Shown: positions 24,071 through 40,012 of the stretch, piece by piece
Layout: every line of letters starts with the position of its first letter
How positions within the stretch are numbered: the stretch's first letter is position 1
Source of the DNA: Octopus vulgaris
Taxonomy: Eukaryota
NCBI GenBank assembly: GCA_951406725.2
Contig: OX597815.1
Span: 23,002,001 to 23,066,000, forward strand
Length of the DNA: 64,000 nucleotides
Reading direction: 5' to 3'
The notes under the pieces: model-generated
The model's input: the letters and a program-made list of their open reading frames with translations, nothing else
The model's database searches: none
Told to the model about the DNA's origin: nothing
Translations under genes and position numbers: made by a program

Positions 24071-24565
24071 ATATAATGTATGTATGTATGTATAGTGACA
24101 GACTTACTTAGAGACAGGCAGATAGATATGACAGGCCTCTTTCAGTTTCTGTCTTTCAAATCCACTCACAAGGTTTTGGTTGACCCAGGGCTGTGGTGCA
24201 AGACCCCTGCCCAAGATGCCACACAGAAGGACTGAACTTGAGACCATATGGTTGGGAAGAAAACTTCTTCCTACACAGCCACACCAGTTCCTATATCACC
24301 ACTCATGACGTATAGGTCACCACATATAGTAATGATGCCAGTTCTTAAGGATGTCTAAATTTAAGTGTAATCATAGCACAAGACTTCAACATTTGCCAGA
24401 AAAAATACTTATTGGTCAGCCCTTATTTTCTTGACATTGGAAGGATGAAAGATTGAAGTTGGCTTCAGTGCGATTTGAATTCAGAATGTAAAAGTTTGTA
24501 ACTAAATACTGCAATAAATTTTGTACAAAGATTTAATATAATCCCTCCTTGCTGTATATGCACTA

Positions 24566-24795
24566 TCATCATCATCATCATCATCATCGTTTAACGTCCG
24601 TTTTCCATGCTAGCATGTGTTGGGCGGTGCAACTGGGATCTGGGAAGCCAGAAGGCTGCACCAGGCCCAGTCTGATCTGGCAATGTTTCTACGGCTGGAT
24701 GCCCTTCCTAACGCCAACCACTCCATGAGTGTAGTGGGTGCTTTTTATGTGCCACTGGCACAGGTGCCAGACGAGGTTGGCCAACGGCCGAGGCC
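24566..24795 (-). mobile_element. RTE-type 3'-tail element
   Basis: (CAT)n then GTTTAACGTCCG..TGGATGCCCTTCCTAACGCCAACCACTCC. Confidence 0.85.
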
Positions 24796-25156
24796 ACTAA
24801 ATATAAATTATGAAAATTAATTATGAAAAATATAAACTATGAAAGACAATTTTTTAAAAATTAGTCTGAGTATAAAGTACATATTGATTTAAAGTTCTCT
24901 GCTATAGAGTATAGATAAATGTATGATGTTTTATGCAGTTAATGTTTATAAAGAATTCTTAAAGTTTAACATAGCAGTTGAACAGAAAACATTTATGAGG
25001 GAGAGAGAGAGAGAGAGAATCCCAAAGAGAAGTTATTTAGGAAGAAATGTTTTGTATGGATTAAGTTGGAAGAGACAGAGAAAGAGTAATTTGAGGATAT
25101 TTTTGCAGCTAAATGAAGTGGAACTTGAGATATCTTAGAGTCCTTCTACAGTAAAA

Positions 25157-25533
25157 TCTTTATATATAAAAGTGAAGTTGTGTGTCTGTCTCCTATGATT
25201 TAGATTCCTAACTACCACCACATTTTGCAGGTATCTTATAGTCGTGATTCATATCGAGCCCTTCTGGGTATTAGTGCACGTCTACGATGAGTCTATGATT
25301 TAAAAAAAAATTTACCATCATTTTTTCCATTTTAATGCATTTTTTCGCTATTATATAAGGGAAGTAACTCTCTAAAAATGTCTACGATGAGTCAACGATT
25401 TAAAAAAATTTACCATAATTTTTTTTCCATTTTTAATGCATTTTTTTGCTATTTTTTTTGGCTATAACTCTCTAAAAATGCTTATATAGTTATTTCCCTT
25501 ACAAACCCGAGCAACGCCGGGCGATACTGCTAG
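25157..25533 (+). mobile_element. Non-autonomous Helitron
   Basis: A|TC start, CCCGAGCAACGCCGGG subterminal hairpin, CTAG|T end, no TSD. Confidence 0.88.
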
Positions 25534-26232
25534 TAATATATATGATATATATATATATTAAAGGAAGAGTCTTGCACTACACCCTGCCAATACATGTACA
25601 ACAAGACTAAAATAAAGTTACTACAAATAGTAGGACTGAGAATCTCTTATAGCTACCTCACATGTATAATAACATTACTAAAATTACACTCAAAGATTAG
25701 TTTCCTCTTGAGGGCAATAAAATTTTTCATCCAGGATCAATAACTGACCGCTAATAGTTCAAGTCCAGTATGTATTACAGTTCTATTCATGAGTTTGGGT
25801 CAGTGCTGGTCATTGACACAAACACATGAAAATAAAGGTTGCATGGCAAAAATTCATTAACATACTAAACTTAGTAGTTTGCATACACTGCTTATTCTAC
25901 CATTACCACAACAGTCTCTGCTCTTCTAAACTATATACTACGAACTTCAAAAACCTAACCCAATGCATTTATCTTAATACCACTTCTCATCTCTACTGTA
26001 TCTCTTCAGTACTAAATAGTTTGCTCAGTTATTCATCTCCTGAATGAAAACTGTTCAGAATCCTCTTTCGAAACATGTTTTCACTACAGTTATTGAGCTA
26101 CAAGAAAGCAATAAATTGGAAGATTCGTTAGAGAATCAACAAAATGTCTAGCAGTATTTGTCCTAACTCTTTATGTTCTATGTTCAAATCCTTGCTATTC
26201 ATCTTTCTGAGGTTGATAAAATAAAGTATTAA

Positions 26233-26464
26233 ACCTTTTCTTCCTATATTTCTATTGGAGTATATTGTCTTTGCTTCCATCAATTTTGAGAATAATGAAG
26301 AATTTAGCCAAACACTTGTAATTCTTAAGTAATTCTTAAGCTGGTGTTTGGAACATAAATCAGCATAAAATTTTGATGGAAGCCTTTGATTTAGGCCCCC
26401 TTTAAATCAGAAGGTTTGTATCATAGAACCATGAACAGTTTCAGGGAATTTAGTATCAAAAGGG
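26233..26464. mobile_element. piggyBac-like MITE
   Basis: TTAA on both sides, ACCTTTT..AAAAGGG termini; second copy at 32787-33006. Confidence 0.6.
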
Positions 26465-26872
26465 TTAATGTGGATGGTGAATTTATGATAATGTTAGGCC
26501 ATTTGTCCAAATGCTTCATGGTATTTGCTCCAGTTCTCTACATTCTGAGTGCCCAGACAGATGTGGCAAATTTGTTTATATTTAGCTGACAATGTGGTGT
26601 CTTGTAAAAATTGCTTAAAGAAAAGCCATGTGAAACAGTTTTTATATCTTCACACATTTTCTGGCAAGTACATAACACTTGTCAAACAAGTCACCAGGGA
26701 TTGTTTATCACAGAAAGAAAAGGATGCCCAACAATAGTCCAAATTAGACATCATTTACACTGATCTCAAAGTTTGCAGTTATAGTTATCATAGCACCTAT
26801 AAAAGATTAGAGAGTTAACAAAGCTCAAGTGCTGGCCAAAGGTTGTCAATGTAAGTAAAGGTTTTTTTGAGT

Positions 26873-27918
<1,046 letters not shown>

Positions 27919-28146
27919 TTCTGGCAAGTACATAACACTTGTCAAACAAGTCACCAGGGATTGTTTATCACAGAAAGAAAAGGATGCCCAACAATAGTCC
28001 AAATTAGACATCATTTACACTGATCTCAAAGTTTGCAGTTATAGTTATCATAGCACCTATAAAAGATTAGAGAGTTAACAAAGCTCAAGTGCTGGCTAAA
28101 GGTTGTCAATGTAAGTAAAGGTTTGTTTGAGTATACATATATATAT

Positions 28147-29645
28147 GGGAATAATATGTCCAATCCATAAAGAGGGAAGCAGAGCAGATGCCAAAAACAA
28201 AAGGCCTATCTCTCTGACTTCACACATCAGCAAAGTCATGGAACAGATAGTCAGAGGGAAACATATCGCATTCCTTAAAGAAAATAACTTGCTGAGTGAT
28301 ACCCAGCATGGCTTTCGACCAGCAGGTGCTGCCTGGCTCAGCTCTTACAACATTATGACTGGGTGTTGAGGTAGTTCCACAACAACTCAAATGTGGACAT
28401 AATATACCTTGATTTTGCAAAAGCTTTTGACAAAGTGAATCATGGTATGATATGCTATAAATTGCGTGATCTCGGCATTTCTGGAAAACTTGGAGAGTGG
28501 TTACATGACTTTCTGAAAGATAGAAGTCAGGTAGTAGTGGCCAATGAAGCCACCTCAAAGAAAACACAAATAGTGAGTAGGGTTCCACAGGGCACTGTCT
28601 TGGGACCACTGCTTTTCATAGTGGTGCTCTCAGATATGCCCTCAACCGCCCAGATAGCCACCCTTGCTAGCTATGCAGACGATATGATAGTCTCACAGAA
28701 AGTACAGAACCCCAGCAATGTTGCACATCTGCTGCATGAGTTGGACTCGATTTACAGATGGACTGAGGATAATAATATGCAGTTTAATGCTGAAAAATTC
28801 CAAGCCCTGCACTACCAGCATCCAAAACTGAACATGAAACTTACAGGGTACACTGGCCCACAGAGAATTTCAATCCCAGAGCCTAAATCAGTGAGGGACA
28901 TGAGTGGTGATACCTCTTTCCAAGTGCACATTACCAAGATGGGCACAAAGTGCAGACAACTAGCTGGATGAATCCTGAGAACATTCAGAACCAGAGATAT
29001 GTAAACCATGATGGTCCTATGGAGGACATTTGTCCTCAGCCACCTGGATTAATGCTCCCAGCTATGGTCACCCAACAGTGTAAAATTAACAGCGGACCTT
29101 GAAGCAATCCAGCAAAGATCCACAAAGAAGATCATCTCTTTGCAACAGCTCAGCTACTGGGAAAGGCTGAAACAACTAAGATTCTACTCTATGGAGCAAA
29201 GACAGGAGAGGCATGCAGTAATATACATCTGGAAGATCCTGGAAGTAATTGTGCCAAATTTTGGCATTGAAAGCTACACCAGTACCAGAACAGGTCGATA
29301 CTGCATAGTGACAAAGATCCCAGCAACACCATCACACTTCAGGACCAGTTACAGCAATAGCCTGGGTTTCAGGAGCCCATAGCTTTTTAATATTCTCCCA
29401 AAGAGCCTGAGGAATCTGCACAAAGTAGATGTAAGTATTTTTAAATCAAGGCTGGATCTCTTCCTTTTGAGAGCCCCAGATGAAGCTACCTCATGGCAAG
29501 AGGTGCAAATAAGAGTAGCTTCATCAAACACCATTCTTCACCAAGTGCCACATATTGGAGGAGGCTCTCAGTAATAACAGTGTAGCAAAACAGCGGTGCA
29601 TCAGCATGGCTACAGCTCTGAGCTGAAACTACAGTGAAAAAAAAA
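28147..29645 (+). mobile_element. CR1-like LINE 3' part (reverse transcriptase, decayed)
   Basis: RPISLTSHISKVME, DIIYLDFAKAFDKVNH, VPQGTVLGPLLF, YADD, LSYWERLKQL; 3' UTR and A-tail. Confidence 0.93.
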
Positions 29646-31519
29646 TGTGTGTGTGTGTGTGTGTGACTGATACACTATCCAATGATATAGTGATGTGTTT
29701 GCTTATAGTTTGCAGGCAATAATCAGATGTCTATAGATTCTTAATAATGAGTAAGCTAAAATTACGCTGAATATATTTGTTACTGCCAAAAGTGTAAATC
29801 TCAGAACTCGAACCAACTTTGATATGTTAGAGGATCATAGAGCCTCAGATGCTAAAATACTCATTCAATTTTCTTTCTTGTAAATGATAGACAGTGTAGT
29901 AAGGGGGCAGGGTCATTTGTATAAAAATTCAAAAGAAACCCTCTAGCCCAACTCTCTGGTCACATGCATACATAACATTGATCTAGTACCATTATTTAAG
30001 GTAGTAGTCTGCCAAAGTAGACTTTGCTTTTCATCCTTTTGGGATTGATAAATCGAGTACCAGTTGCATACTGGGATCAATATAATCGACTGGCCCCCTC
30101 CCCAAATATTTCAAGCTTTGTGCCTAGAGTAGAAAAGATTATTTAAGTGATTAATGCTAATTACAGTCGTTATTAAATAGTCATCTACTGCTATTGCTTG
30201 ATAGTGTTTGAGGGACAAATAAATGAATCCTGATGAGTCATTAAATGATAAGGAAACCATTCAGTTCAATATTCACCCCAAGCTGCAGTAAAGGTCTTCA
30301 AGGCACATAATTTCACAGTGGTACTAAATGCATATAGATATCATTCTGTATGTTTTTTATTTCATAACCCATGCTGTACAGGTACTCAAATATATACAAG
30401 TATAGAATGACCCCAAAAAATGTACTACCATTTAATATATCAGTGTAGTATTACAACACCACACTAATGCTGAATGGGTTCAAAAGTGGTGATTAGCTAC
30501 ACACCCAACTGAAACTCCAAAGAAAACAGTGTCATAAAGTTATTTGGCTCACACTCCTTTCCAGCATAGATAAGCCCTTCGTTGGGGTACTTGACAAATA
30601 TTTCCTCCCACTCATAAATGTAGGAAATCATTTGATAGATAAATGTTTAAAGTTTCCTTTAGTTGTACAGCCAACATGAAACAAATCAATTCACAAAAAG
30701 CCATTCCTAACACTGAAGTTAGTTATCCATTGAGAGATAATACTGCTTACTGTGACTCTGCCAACGAGGTAAAGGTCAAGTCCAGACAACTAAATTATGT
30801 ATCCTGCTGAAAAACTACATTGGAATGATAGAGAGTCTGTTAAAGAATGACCATGCAGCTCTGTCTCCTCATTCATAAGTTGTGGAATATCACAATGTTA
30901 ACCAAGTATATATGGCTTTTGAAAGCGAAAGCCATGAATTGCAACATCAACTGAAAAGTGTTAGCCTTATTCTAACAGCAGGTAAAAAGAGTAATATTAA
31001 AGAATTCACCCATACATGGCCTATACTTGTATGCAAAATCTAAGGCGTTCTCTCCTTGCTTGTATGAGAGCAAATACATTCTCCATTACAGGAGTAGACC
31101 ACAATAAGACCATTGACACTGAGGTAACCTTCACTCCACCTATTCCCCTAGTTTCTCAGGGTTGGACCCTAGGTCAGATACCTGTGATTCATTCTGTTCC
31201 TTTACTCTTTCCTTTCTTCTTTTCTCATCTTCTTGTCTTTTCTTACCCTCTCTTCCAAGTAAATTGCAAAGATCTCATGCCAGGGTATATAACAAACACA
31301 CATTCACATGTTCATGAAAATTAAATGTTTAATGTAGCCACAAAAAAAAAAAAAAAAAAATGTATGTAAACTTGTATATAAGTGCATGTGTATAGATTTG
31401 TGTATCTGCACATGTGTGTGTACAAGTGTGTATATATGTGTATATATGAATATGTATGTGTACATCCAGTTATCCTCAAAATTACACATACATATATATG
31501 CATACACATAATTACACAG

Positions 31520-31925
<406 letters not shown>

Positions 31926-32155
31926 GCATATTCCTATAAAAAAAAATCAGTTAGACAATGAAGGAGTAACATAATTTTCAGCATTTAATCTGGGCCAAAA
32001 AAATGGACATATTTTGTAAATGAATATAGAAATTAATCATTCTTATTTTCTTTCAAAGTAACAAAAGCCTATATCTTACAGCCATTGTCTATTATATTTT
32101 TTTGGGGGGCCATTCATTTCTAATGCCAACTCTTTTTACTGAGCAGGGCAACAAT

Positions 32156-32193
<38 letters not shown>

Positions 32194-32207
32194 CCACTCA
32201 CTTACTT

Positions 32208-32239
<32 letters not shown>

Positions 32240-32753
32240 ACCCCTCTCTTTCCTTCCCTTCTCTAGCAAGATATCTGGAGAAATGTTCTAATTCATGATT
32301 GTGCTCTTTTTGCAACAATTAACCATTGAGCAAATATTGCCTTTTCCTCATGCTATACCTAATTAGATTTTTTTTTATGTTCACCACATTAAATACTTAA
32401 TTATTGTTTTACATACAGATGGCATCCCTGGGTAATTATCCTCAATGATTTCATATTTTTTCCAGTATGAAGTATGTTTGGTTAAAAGTTAAAAAAAACT
32501 CTAACGAAATTTATCTTGAAGGATTAAAGTCTGATATTTATACTATATTGGCTAAGATTATCCAGCTGAAGATATATAGATTTTTATCCACAGCTGTTTG
32601 TCCTGCTCCTAATATATATGAAAAGATACAGAATTCACAAAGTTTAAGATAATTTGTTTCACACCTACAGCTTTCATGAAATATAACTGCCTTTCCTTTT
32701 CTCTCTCTCTCTTACTCTGTTTCTCCGTTTCTATCTCCGTATGACTGTCACTC

Positions 32754-33237
32754 CATCTTTCTGAGGTTGATAAAATGAAGTAGTAAACCTTGTCTTCCTA
32801 TGTTTCTATTGGAGTATGTAGTCTTTGCTTCCATTAATTTTGAGAATAATGAAGAATTTAGCTACACACTTGTAATTCTTAAGCTGGTATTTGAAATATA
32901 AATTAGCATAAAATTTTGATGGAAGCCTTTGATTTAGGCCCCTTTAAAATAGAAAGTTTGTATCATAGAACCACGAACAGTTTCAGGGAATTTGGTATCA
33001 AAAGGGTTAATGTGGGTGGTGAATTTATGAAATTGTTAGGCCATTTGTCAAAATGCTTCATGGTATTTGTTCCAGTTCTCTACATTCTGAGTGCCCAGGC
33101 AGGTGTGGCAAATTTGTCTGTATATAGCTGACAATGTGGTGTCTTGTACAAATTGCTTAAAGAAAAGCCATGTGAAACAGTTTTTATATCTTCCCACAAA
33201 CATTTTTTGACAAGCACATAGCACTTGTCAAACAAGT
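32754..33237 (+). repeat. Local duplication of 26200-26691, including the piggyBac-like MITE and flanks
   Basis: Colinear match over ~480 bp, with flanks on both sides of the MITE shared. Confidence 0.85.
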
Positions 33238-35504
33238 GTTATGTACAAGACTTATTCTTTATTTATCAACTCTGAAAATAAAGTTAACCTCAGTGGGAAC
33301 TGAACTTAGAACACAGAGAGCTAATACAATCACTGCACAGTACTCTACCAAACGCTAACTTTGGCAACTGACTACTTTTGAGAAAGCCTATCAACAAATG
33401 TAAAATTTAAATATATACCACTTGCACAGTTAGAAAATATTGATTGATTTATATGAAACTAATTAACAAACATTGATAAATCACAGCAAAAAAAAATGTG
33501 TCATTATAGTCATGGGTGATTAAAATGTTAAAGTTAGTATAAGTGCAAGAAGGTTTGGCTTTGATGTGAAAGTAGAAAGAACAACCAATATATTTTATAG
33601 GAAATATAGTTTAGAAAGAATCAATACCATATGATGCACAGTGATTGTGAGGTTTCAATGCTGGTCTACTGACAACATTAGCACAAACTTAGATATTACT
33701 ATTATCATTGTGCTGTGTCCATGAACAACACATCTAACACTAATTGTTTTAATTGCCTCATAGTATGCCATGGTTGAGTGGTTATCACCAAGATGGGTAT
33801 CCAGCTGTAACAACAAAAGCTCCAACAGACATAAACCACCCTAGCCATGCAAGAATGATAAAATGGGTAGAAAACAAGGAAAAAAATGGTAAATGCCATG
33901 AGTTTAAGATGTTTCATTGTTGACCACATCATGTGTTCAAAGCTTGTGTTATGTCTCTTCACAGAGTAGAGAACTCGAATTTTTCTCCTTGCTCCAAACC
34001 ACTAACATGACTCCTACTTCATTATGTTAGTGATTTATGATAAGAAAGATAGCCAACCTTTTACTCTTTTACTTATTTAAATCATTAGACTGCAGCCATG
34101 CTGGGGGCACCACTTTGAACAGTTTAAAACAAAACAGAACGATGATATTCAATGTCAAGCACACCATGCTCCAATCATTGAGGACCAGCCTCCTTCAACA
34201 TCATTTCATCAGTTGTGCCATTTACTTGGCTTACTTTACATTCATAGCTGAATCATTCTTCACTGCTCTGAACTTCTGCCTTGATCCACTGAGTTTCTCC
34301 AGCTCCACTTTCTGAAGGATGGTTTTGTCTTGCTTGCACCTGCTCAACGCAGGCTTTTGCTGCTGAGAAACACTTATTGCAGCATTCCTTTTTGCTCCCC
34401 ATGTCTCTGATGCAAAGCTTTAGCTTGTGTGTAATGCATCAGGCACAGCAAACAATGTTGTGTTACTGATGTTTCCCAGTTGTTTCATCAACAACACTTT
34501 CAAGCATCTTACTTTGTCTGAACTCACTTGACACTTCTGAATTTGCGACATGCAAGTTCAGATCCTTGCTTGTGCCAGCCTCTGCAGGTCCTGTGTGACA
34601 TCTCTGAGGCCCTACCTGCTCTGTCTCAACTTGGATCCTCAGCCTCAGTGAGGCTCATTTCGGGTACACTCTTTTGGTTACCATGAGGCATTACATCACT
34701 TGCTGATCTCAATCCTGCTTCCATTTTCAGTACACCGGATGCACGCTTCTGTCACAGCCACTTTCATCTTGTTGGCCCCTGGCATGCAAAACTGTACATA
34801 TTTCAACTGGCCATTCTCACTGTTTGAACATTTGGTTTTCTTGTTGTATTCATTTTACTTTGCATTTTTCTTTCTTAATTTTGCTTGTGCTGTATTAATA
34901 TATCAACTTGCTGTCTGAAGTGGGGAGGGTTATGTAGTGAACAGAGAAGCTATATTTGGTTGTTGCATACTACCATAGTTGTGCTATGGTAACTTCAACC
35001 AATTAAAGCTAGCTGCAGATTAGTACAAACGGCAGCTTCCACCTAGTAGTATTTCACACCTTTTTTCAATCGTTAACTTCCAGTGGGCAGGAAGATGCAA
35101 GATAGTCAACACACGTTTCCTTAATGTACAGCTTCTGGTATTTTTACCAACTTCCAACTATTGGTTTACATTAAGCTCACCACAACTACCCATATCATTC
35201 ACTATGGATGGGACCTGCATTTTTCAGTTGGCGAACAACAGGCACAACTGTAATATCTCTCCTTTGAAAGATGAAAGGATTCTTGAGTGTCAATCACCCA
35301 CTTCATGCAACTCACCTGGAGTTATAGCATCTCGACTTATCACCTCCTGAACTTTCAATGTCATGTGGAATTCATTACCATCCCTGTTGTGGTGCATATA
35401 ATTATATATGTTTTGTAATTTAAATTGGGTACAAAGTGAAATAATTGTAGACAATATTAAATAATTAATAAATTAAATTATATCCATTGAATCTCTCTGT
35501 TTTC

Positions 35505-37075
35505 AATTATCAAAAGTAAAAGACAACCCAAATCCCTAAAACTGTTACTTACCAGCACCAAATTACCCATCAAAAATACAACCCTACTAGTCAAAAATGT
35601 AACTGCACTAATTGCAGAACCTGCATCAACCTTACTGGAAGTTCAACATAAATTCAAGTCAGGTCAAATATTCACCATAAAAAATCCCTTCACCTGTGCA
35701 TCAAAGAACTTAATTTATGTTCTCAGATGTGGTGGGTGTGGTGGGAACTATATAGGTCAAACTAGCTTGACCTTGAGGAGCAGACTGATGGTACACAGGC
35801 AACAGATATGGGACCCCATGACCAGCAAAATTCCTATAAGCAAACACTTAGGTCAATGCCCCACAGATATAAATGCAAAATACCAGATTTTCCCACTCTA
35901 TCAGTGCACTGGAAATGCTTCAATCCAATTTCAATTGAATAAGGAAGGCATGTTCATTAGAAAATACCAACCACAACTAATTGCCCTATAATAACACACC
36001 AGAAAGAGAAAACCCAATTTTCCCATGAAAAACAATCAGAGGCAACAGACGTAATTCAAAATCTTCAAATAACAAGCTTCCTCGGGGATTTGAAACTCCA
36101 ACTCCAAATTACTGTACAATAACACCATACACCTTCTCAAACACCAGTTGTTGACATCACCTCAGACAAAACCAATTAAATTTTTCTCCGGTCAGAACCA
36201 GACTCTCAGAATAAAACAAATAGTGACTTCTTAAGGGAACCAACCAACCAACCAGAACACTACATGACCATCAGGCTGAAACAGATTACTGAGTCCCTGC
36301 AAGGAAGTCAACCAAGCAGAATGCTGAACTTTGCCAAGACAAAAATATTTTGTCCATAATGGAAAAAATTTTTGATCAAAATAAAGTAATGTCACAAAAC
36401 CTACAACCAATTAGAACTTGTTCCTTGACTGCAATCATCACCAGGAAGCCAACCAACCAAAACACTAGAGTTTGCCAAAACAAAATTATTTTGACCAAAA
36501 TATCCATGAGAAAAAGAAAAAGACATCATCAAAATTATAACCAATCAAAAGTTGAATCGTTTTCCATAAAAATATTTATATATATACTAAAAGATTCGGA
36601 CCTAGAGTACTTTGAACTCCTACAAGTTGTGGTGAAGAGATCAGTGCACTGAAATTGAGATTGAAAAAAAAGAACTACATGCACCACAACAGAAATTGCC
36701 AAAAAACTTTTTTTCTTTCTCTCCACCTTTTTCTCTTTCTTCTCCACTTCTTTTTATAAAAACTCAATATGACTGAACTTTCAATGATGTATATTTGTTA
36801 TGATCTTCACCAAACGTTTACATTGATATTACTATCTATCTCTGTGAAACTCGTTGAAATTTCTTGAACATTTGATGCTTTAAACATGTTTGTCCAACTT
36901 TTACCTTGTAACTTTAAAATCTTCTAAACCCCTTTATTCATATATTTGTACCACTGATAAATAAAAAATTTTCGAAACTTGTTTTGGTATGTGAATAAAT
37001 CTATTACAAAATTTAAAAACAACAACTAGATGTTTTTAGATTCAGATGCATTTTCAAACCCCAAACTAAGTTCTC
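35505..37075 (+). mobile_element. 5'-truncated Penelope-like element (GIY-YIG plus 3' region)
   Basis: FTCASKNLIYVLRCGGCGGNYIGQTSLTLRSRLMVHRQQI; decayed hammerhead-like motif at 36949-36989. Confidence 0.88.
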
Positions 37076-37159
37076 CTATACACACACACACACAAACATA
37101 TATAATATATATATATATATATCATCATCATCATCTTCATCATTTAACATCTGTTGTCC

Positions 37160-38520
37160 ATGCCTATGCCTCTACTACAGATCGAGCAGGGCCATCTACC
37201 TGAAGGGATTTGTGGTTTGCCTGCCTTACTACTTATTAGGACTTTGGTTTTAGCTACATTGACTCTAAGGCCCTTTGATTCTAATCCTTGTTTCCACACT
37301 TGAAACTTCTCCTCTAGTTCTGATAGTGACTCAGCAATTAGAGCAAGGTCATCAGCATAGAGGAGCTCCCAGGGGCATCCTGTCTTGAATTCCTCCGTTA
37401 TTGCCTAGAGGACTATGATAAACAAGAGAGGGCTGAGGACCAATCCTTGATGAACCCTTACTTGTACCCTGAATTCTTTGTTGTAATCATTGCCCACCCT
37501 CACCTAATTGGTAGCATCCCTGTACAAGGCTTGTACAGCTCTCACCAACCACTCGTCTATCTCTAGTTTCCACATTGACTACCAGATAACGGATTGGAGG
37601 ACTCTGTCAAAAGCTTTCTCCAAGTCAACAAAAGCCAAGTACAAAGGTTTATCTTTGGCTAGGTATTTCTCTTGCAGTTGCCTTATCAGAAATATAGCAT
37701 CAGTGGTGCTTCTATCTGGCACAAAGCCAAACTGCATCTCATCTAGACTAACTGTCTCTCTGATTAGTTGGGCTATGACTCCCTCTGCAACTTTCATCAC
37801 CTGATCCAACAATTTCATACCTCTGTAATTTTTTCTATCTAAGGCATCACCTTTACCTTTGTAGCAGTTGACTATGGTGCTGCTACACCAGTCATTGAGT
37901 ATGACTCCTTCATGAACCACCTGATTTAGAATACAGGTGACTAGACCATAACCCACACAGCCAGATATTTTTAGCACCTCAGTGGTGATTCCTGATGGAC
38001 AGGGGGCTTTCCCTGCCTTCATATCCTTAATTGCTTTATCTACCAAGGCACTGTAGATTCAGGTAGCTGGTCCCTCAATTGGGTCAACATTTGGCAGACT
38101 CTCCTCCTCCCATTCATTCTTCACATTCAGCAGTCTTTCATAATGGCATCTCCAAGCAACTTTCTTTGCAGAGTCATTAAAAGCAAGTGCACCATCATCC
38201 ATGTGGACGCATTTCTCTCCTATGACATCACAATTTTCTCTCACACACTTTCCTGCAATCTGAAACACTTCAACTCATTGGTCCTAATGGTGCTGAACAT
38301 AGGCAAACTTCTACTTTTTTGCTTCTCCTTTGGCTAGATATACCTGTCTCTTAGCTTCCTTTCTAGCTATTTGATACAATTTTCAACTGCCCCCACACTT
38401 CCAGTCCTGTTTCTCTGCTCTAATGGTCCTGTCTATGGAATTGTTTCACCACCATGTTACTTTAGGTCTGGAAGGGACTTTGCACCAGCCACATATTTGG
38501 TCTGTGGCACTCAGAAAGCT
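37160..38520 (-). mobile_element. RTE-clade LINE internal fragment (RT, decayed)
   Basis: YKGKGDALDRKNYRGMKLL, QFGFVP..TTDAIF..QEKY, AFVDLEKAFDRV, HQG.VLSPLLF, LYADDL. Confidence 0.92.
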
Positions 38521-38654
38521 ATCCCACCAGAATTTCCAGTTGCGCTCTATATCACAAAAGGCTATTTGAGTTTCTGTCTACCAAATCCACTCACAAGGCT
38601 TTGGTTGGCCCAAAACTAAAGTAGAAGACACATGCCCAAGGCGCCATCCAGTTG

Positions 38655-38874
38655 GGCAGAATCGTTAGCACGCCGGGCGAAATGCGTAGCCGTATTTCAC
38701 CTGCCATTACATTCTGAGTTCAAATTCCACCGAGGTCGACTTTGCCTTTCGTCCTTTCGGGGACGATAAATTAAGTACCAGTTATGCACTGGGGTCAATA
38801 TAATCAACTTAATCCATTTGTCTATCCTTGTTTGTCTTCTCTGTGTGTAGCCCCTTGTGGGCAGTAAAGAAATA
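38655..38874 (+). mobile_element. SINE family A nested inside a minus-strand SINE B (38565-38920)
   Basis: SINE B sequence resumes after the SINE A tail. Confidence 0.85.
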
Positions 38875-39563
38875 AGGAGCTGGAACCATATGGTTAGGAA
38901 GCAAGCTTTTTACCACACACCCTCTTTTTAATACTTTAGTCTTGAAGAAGAGACTGTACTCATTATCATATAACGGTGTCAGAGAGTTATCAGAGTGGTG
39001 TACTTGAATGAAATTATTGAAGAGCTACAAGGACTGAAGGAAAAGTATGTGCAGGAATAGAATTCCTGAGTGTTGGCATTCTGGAGAGAAATGAATTGGA
39101 AAAGTGATGTGAGTGAAATTTGGTTCAATATGGGTGACTAGTGAGCCAGGAGTGTCTGAGTAGAGGTGACATAATACCAACTGACTCAGAGGAGCAAAGA
39201 CCATTGTAGTTGTAGAAGAAAAGGAATCATGATGACAATATGAATGTGACCCAGACATTGAGGTGTGTTGGGAAGTGACTTCATATCTATTAATCAAGGT
39301 AGCAGTTTACAGATATTTCAGATAAGATAACATTTATGTGCAATGATGAATACTTCCATGTGTATGAACAGGGTGATGTATAGGTAAACATATATGTGAG
39401 TGTATGAGTGAGTGAGTGGCTGAACGAGTGAGTGAGTGAGGAGTGAATGAATGAGTCTATGAGGGAATGAGTGAGGCAGGAAGGGAATGAGTTAATGAGC
39501 AAATGAATGAAGTTACCCTAACACTATATTAATCTCCAAAGTTATAAATTCACAGATATATAT

Positions 39564-39889
39564 ATATAAATTAAATTAGAGATAAAACCACTATTAGACA
39601 AATTAAAATAATTAAATAAATAAAAAAAATTAAAATAAATAAATATAAATATAAATATAAAAAAAATTAAAAGTTTAAAAATTTATAAATTTAAAATTTA
39701 AAAAACTATAAAAAATATAAAAATTTATAAATATAAATTAAAAATTTTAAATTTAAATAATTTAATTTTAAATTTTATATTTTATATATTTTGTATATTA
39801 TATTAATTATATTTATTATTGTGTTTTGGTTTATGTTTTTCACTGTTTGATTTGCCTAATAGTGGTTTTATCTCTAATTTAATTTATAT
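39564..39889. repeat. 44-bp inverted repeats around an almost pure A/T spacer
   Basis: 39564-39607 versus 39846-39889. Confidence 0.8.
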
Positions 39890-39956
39890 TTATACCGTGA
39901 AATTTGATTTAATCCAAAATCTAATTTTTCCCTGTAAGTTTGGATTTACTCCCGAA

Positions 39957-40002
<46 letters not shown>

Positions 40003-40012
40003 GTATATATAT

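Noticed and set aside
30225-30270. Hammerhead at CTGATGAGTCATTAAATGATAAGGAAAC
   Set aside because: Extra bases before GAAA, and no stem III, NUH or stem I
32467-32652. 61-aa ORF after a TTTTTCCAG acceptor
   Set aside because: No recognisable homology and no linked exons
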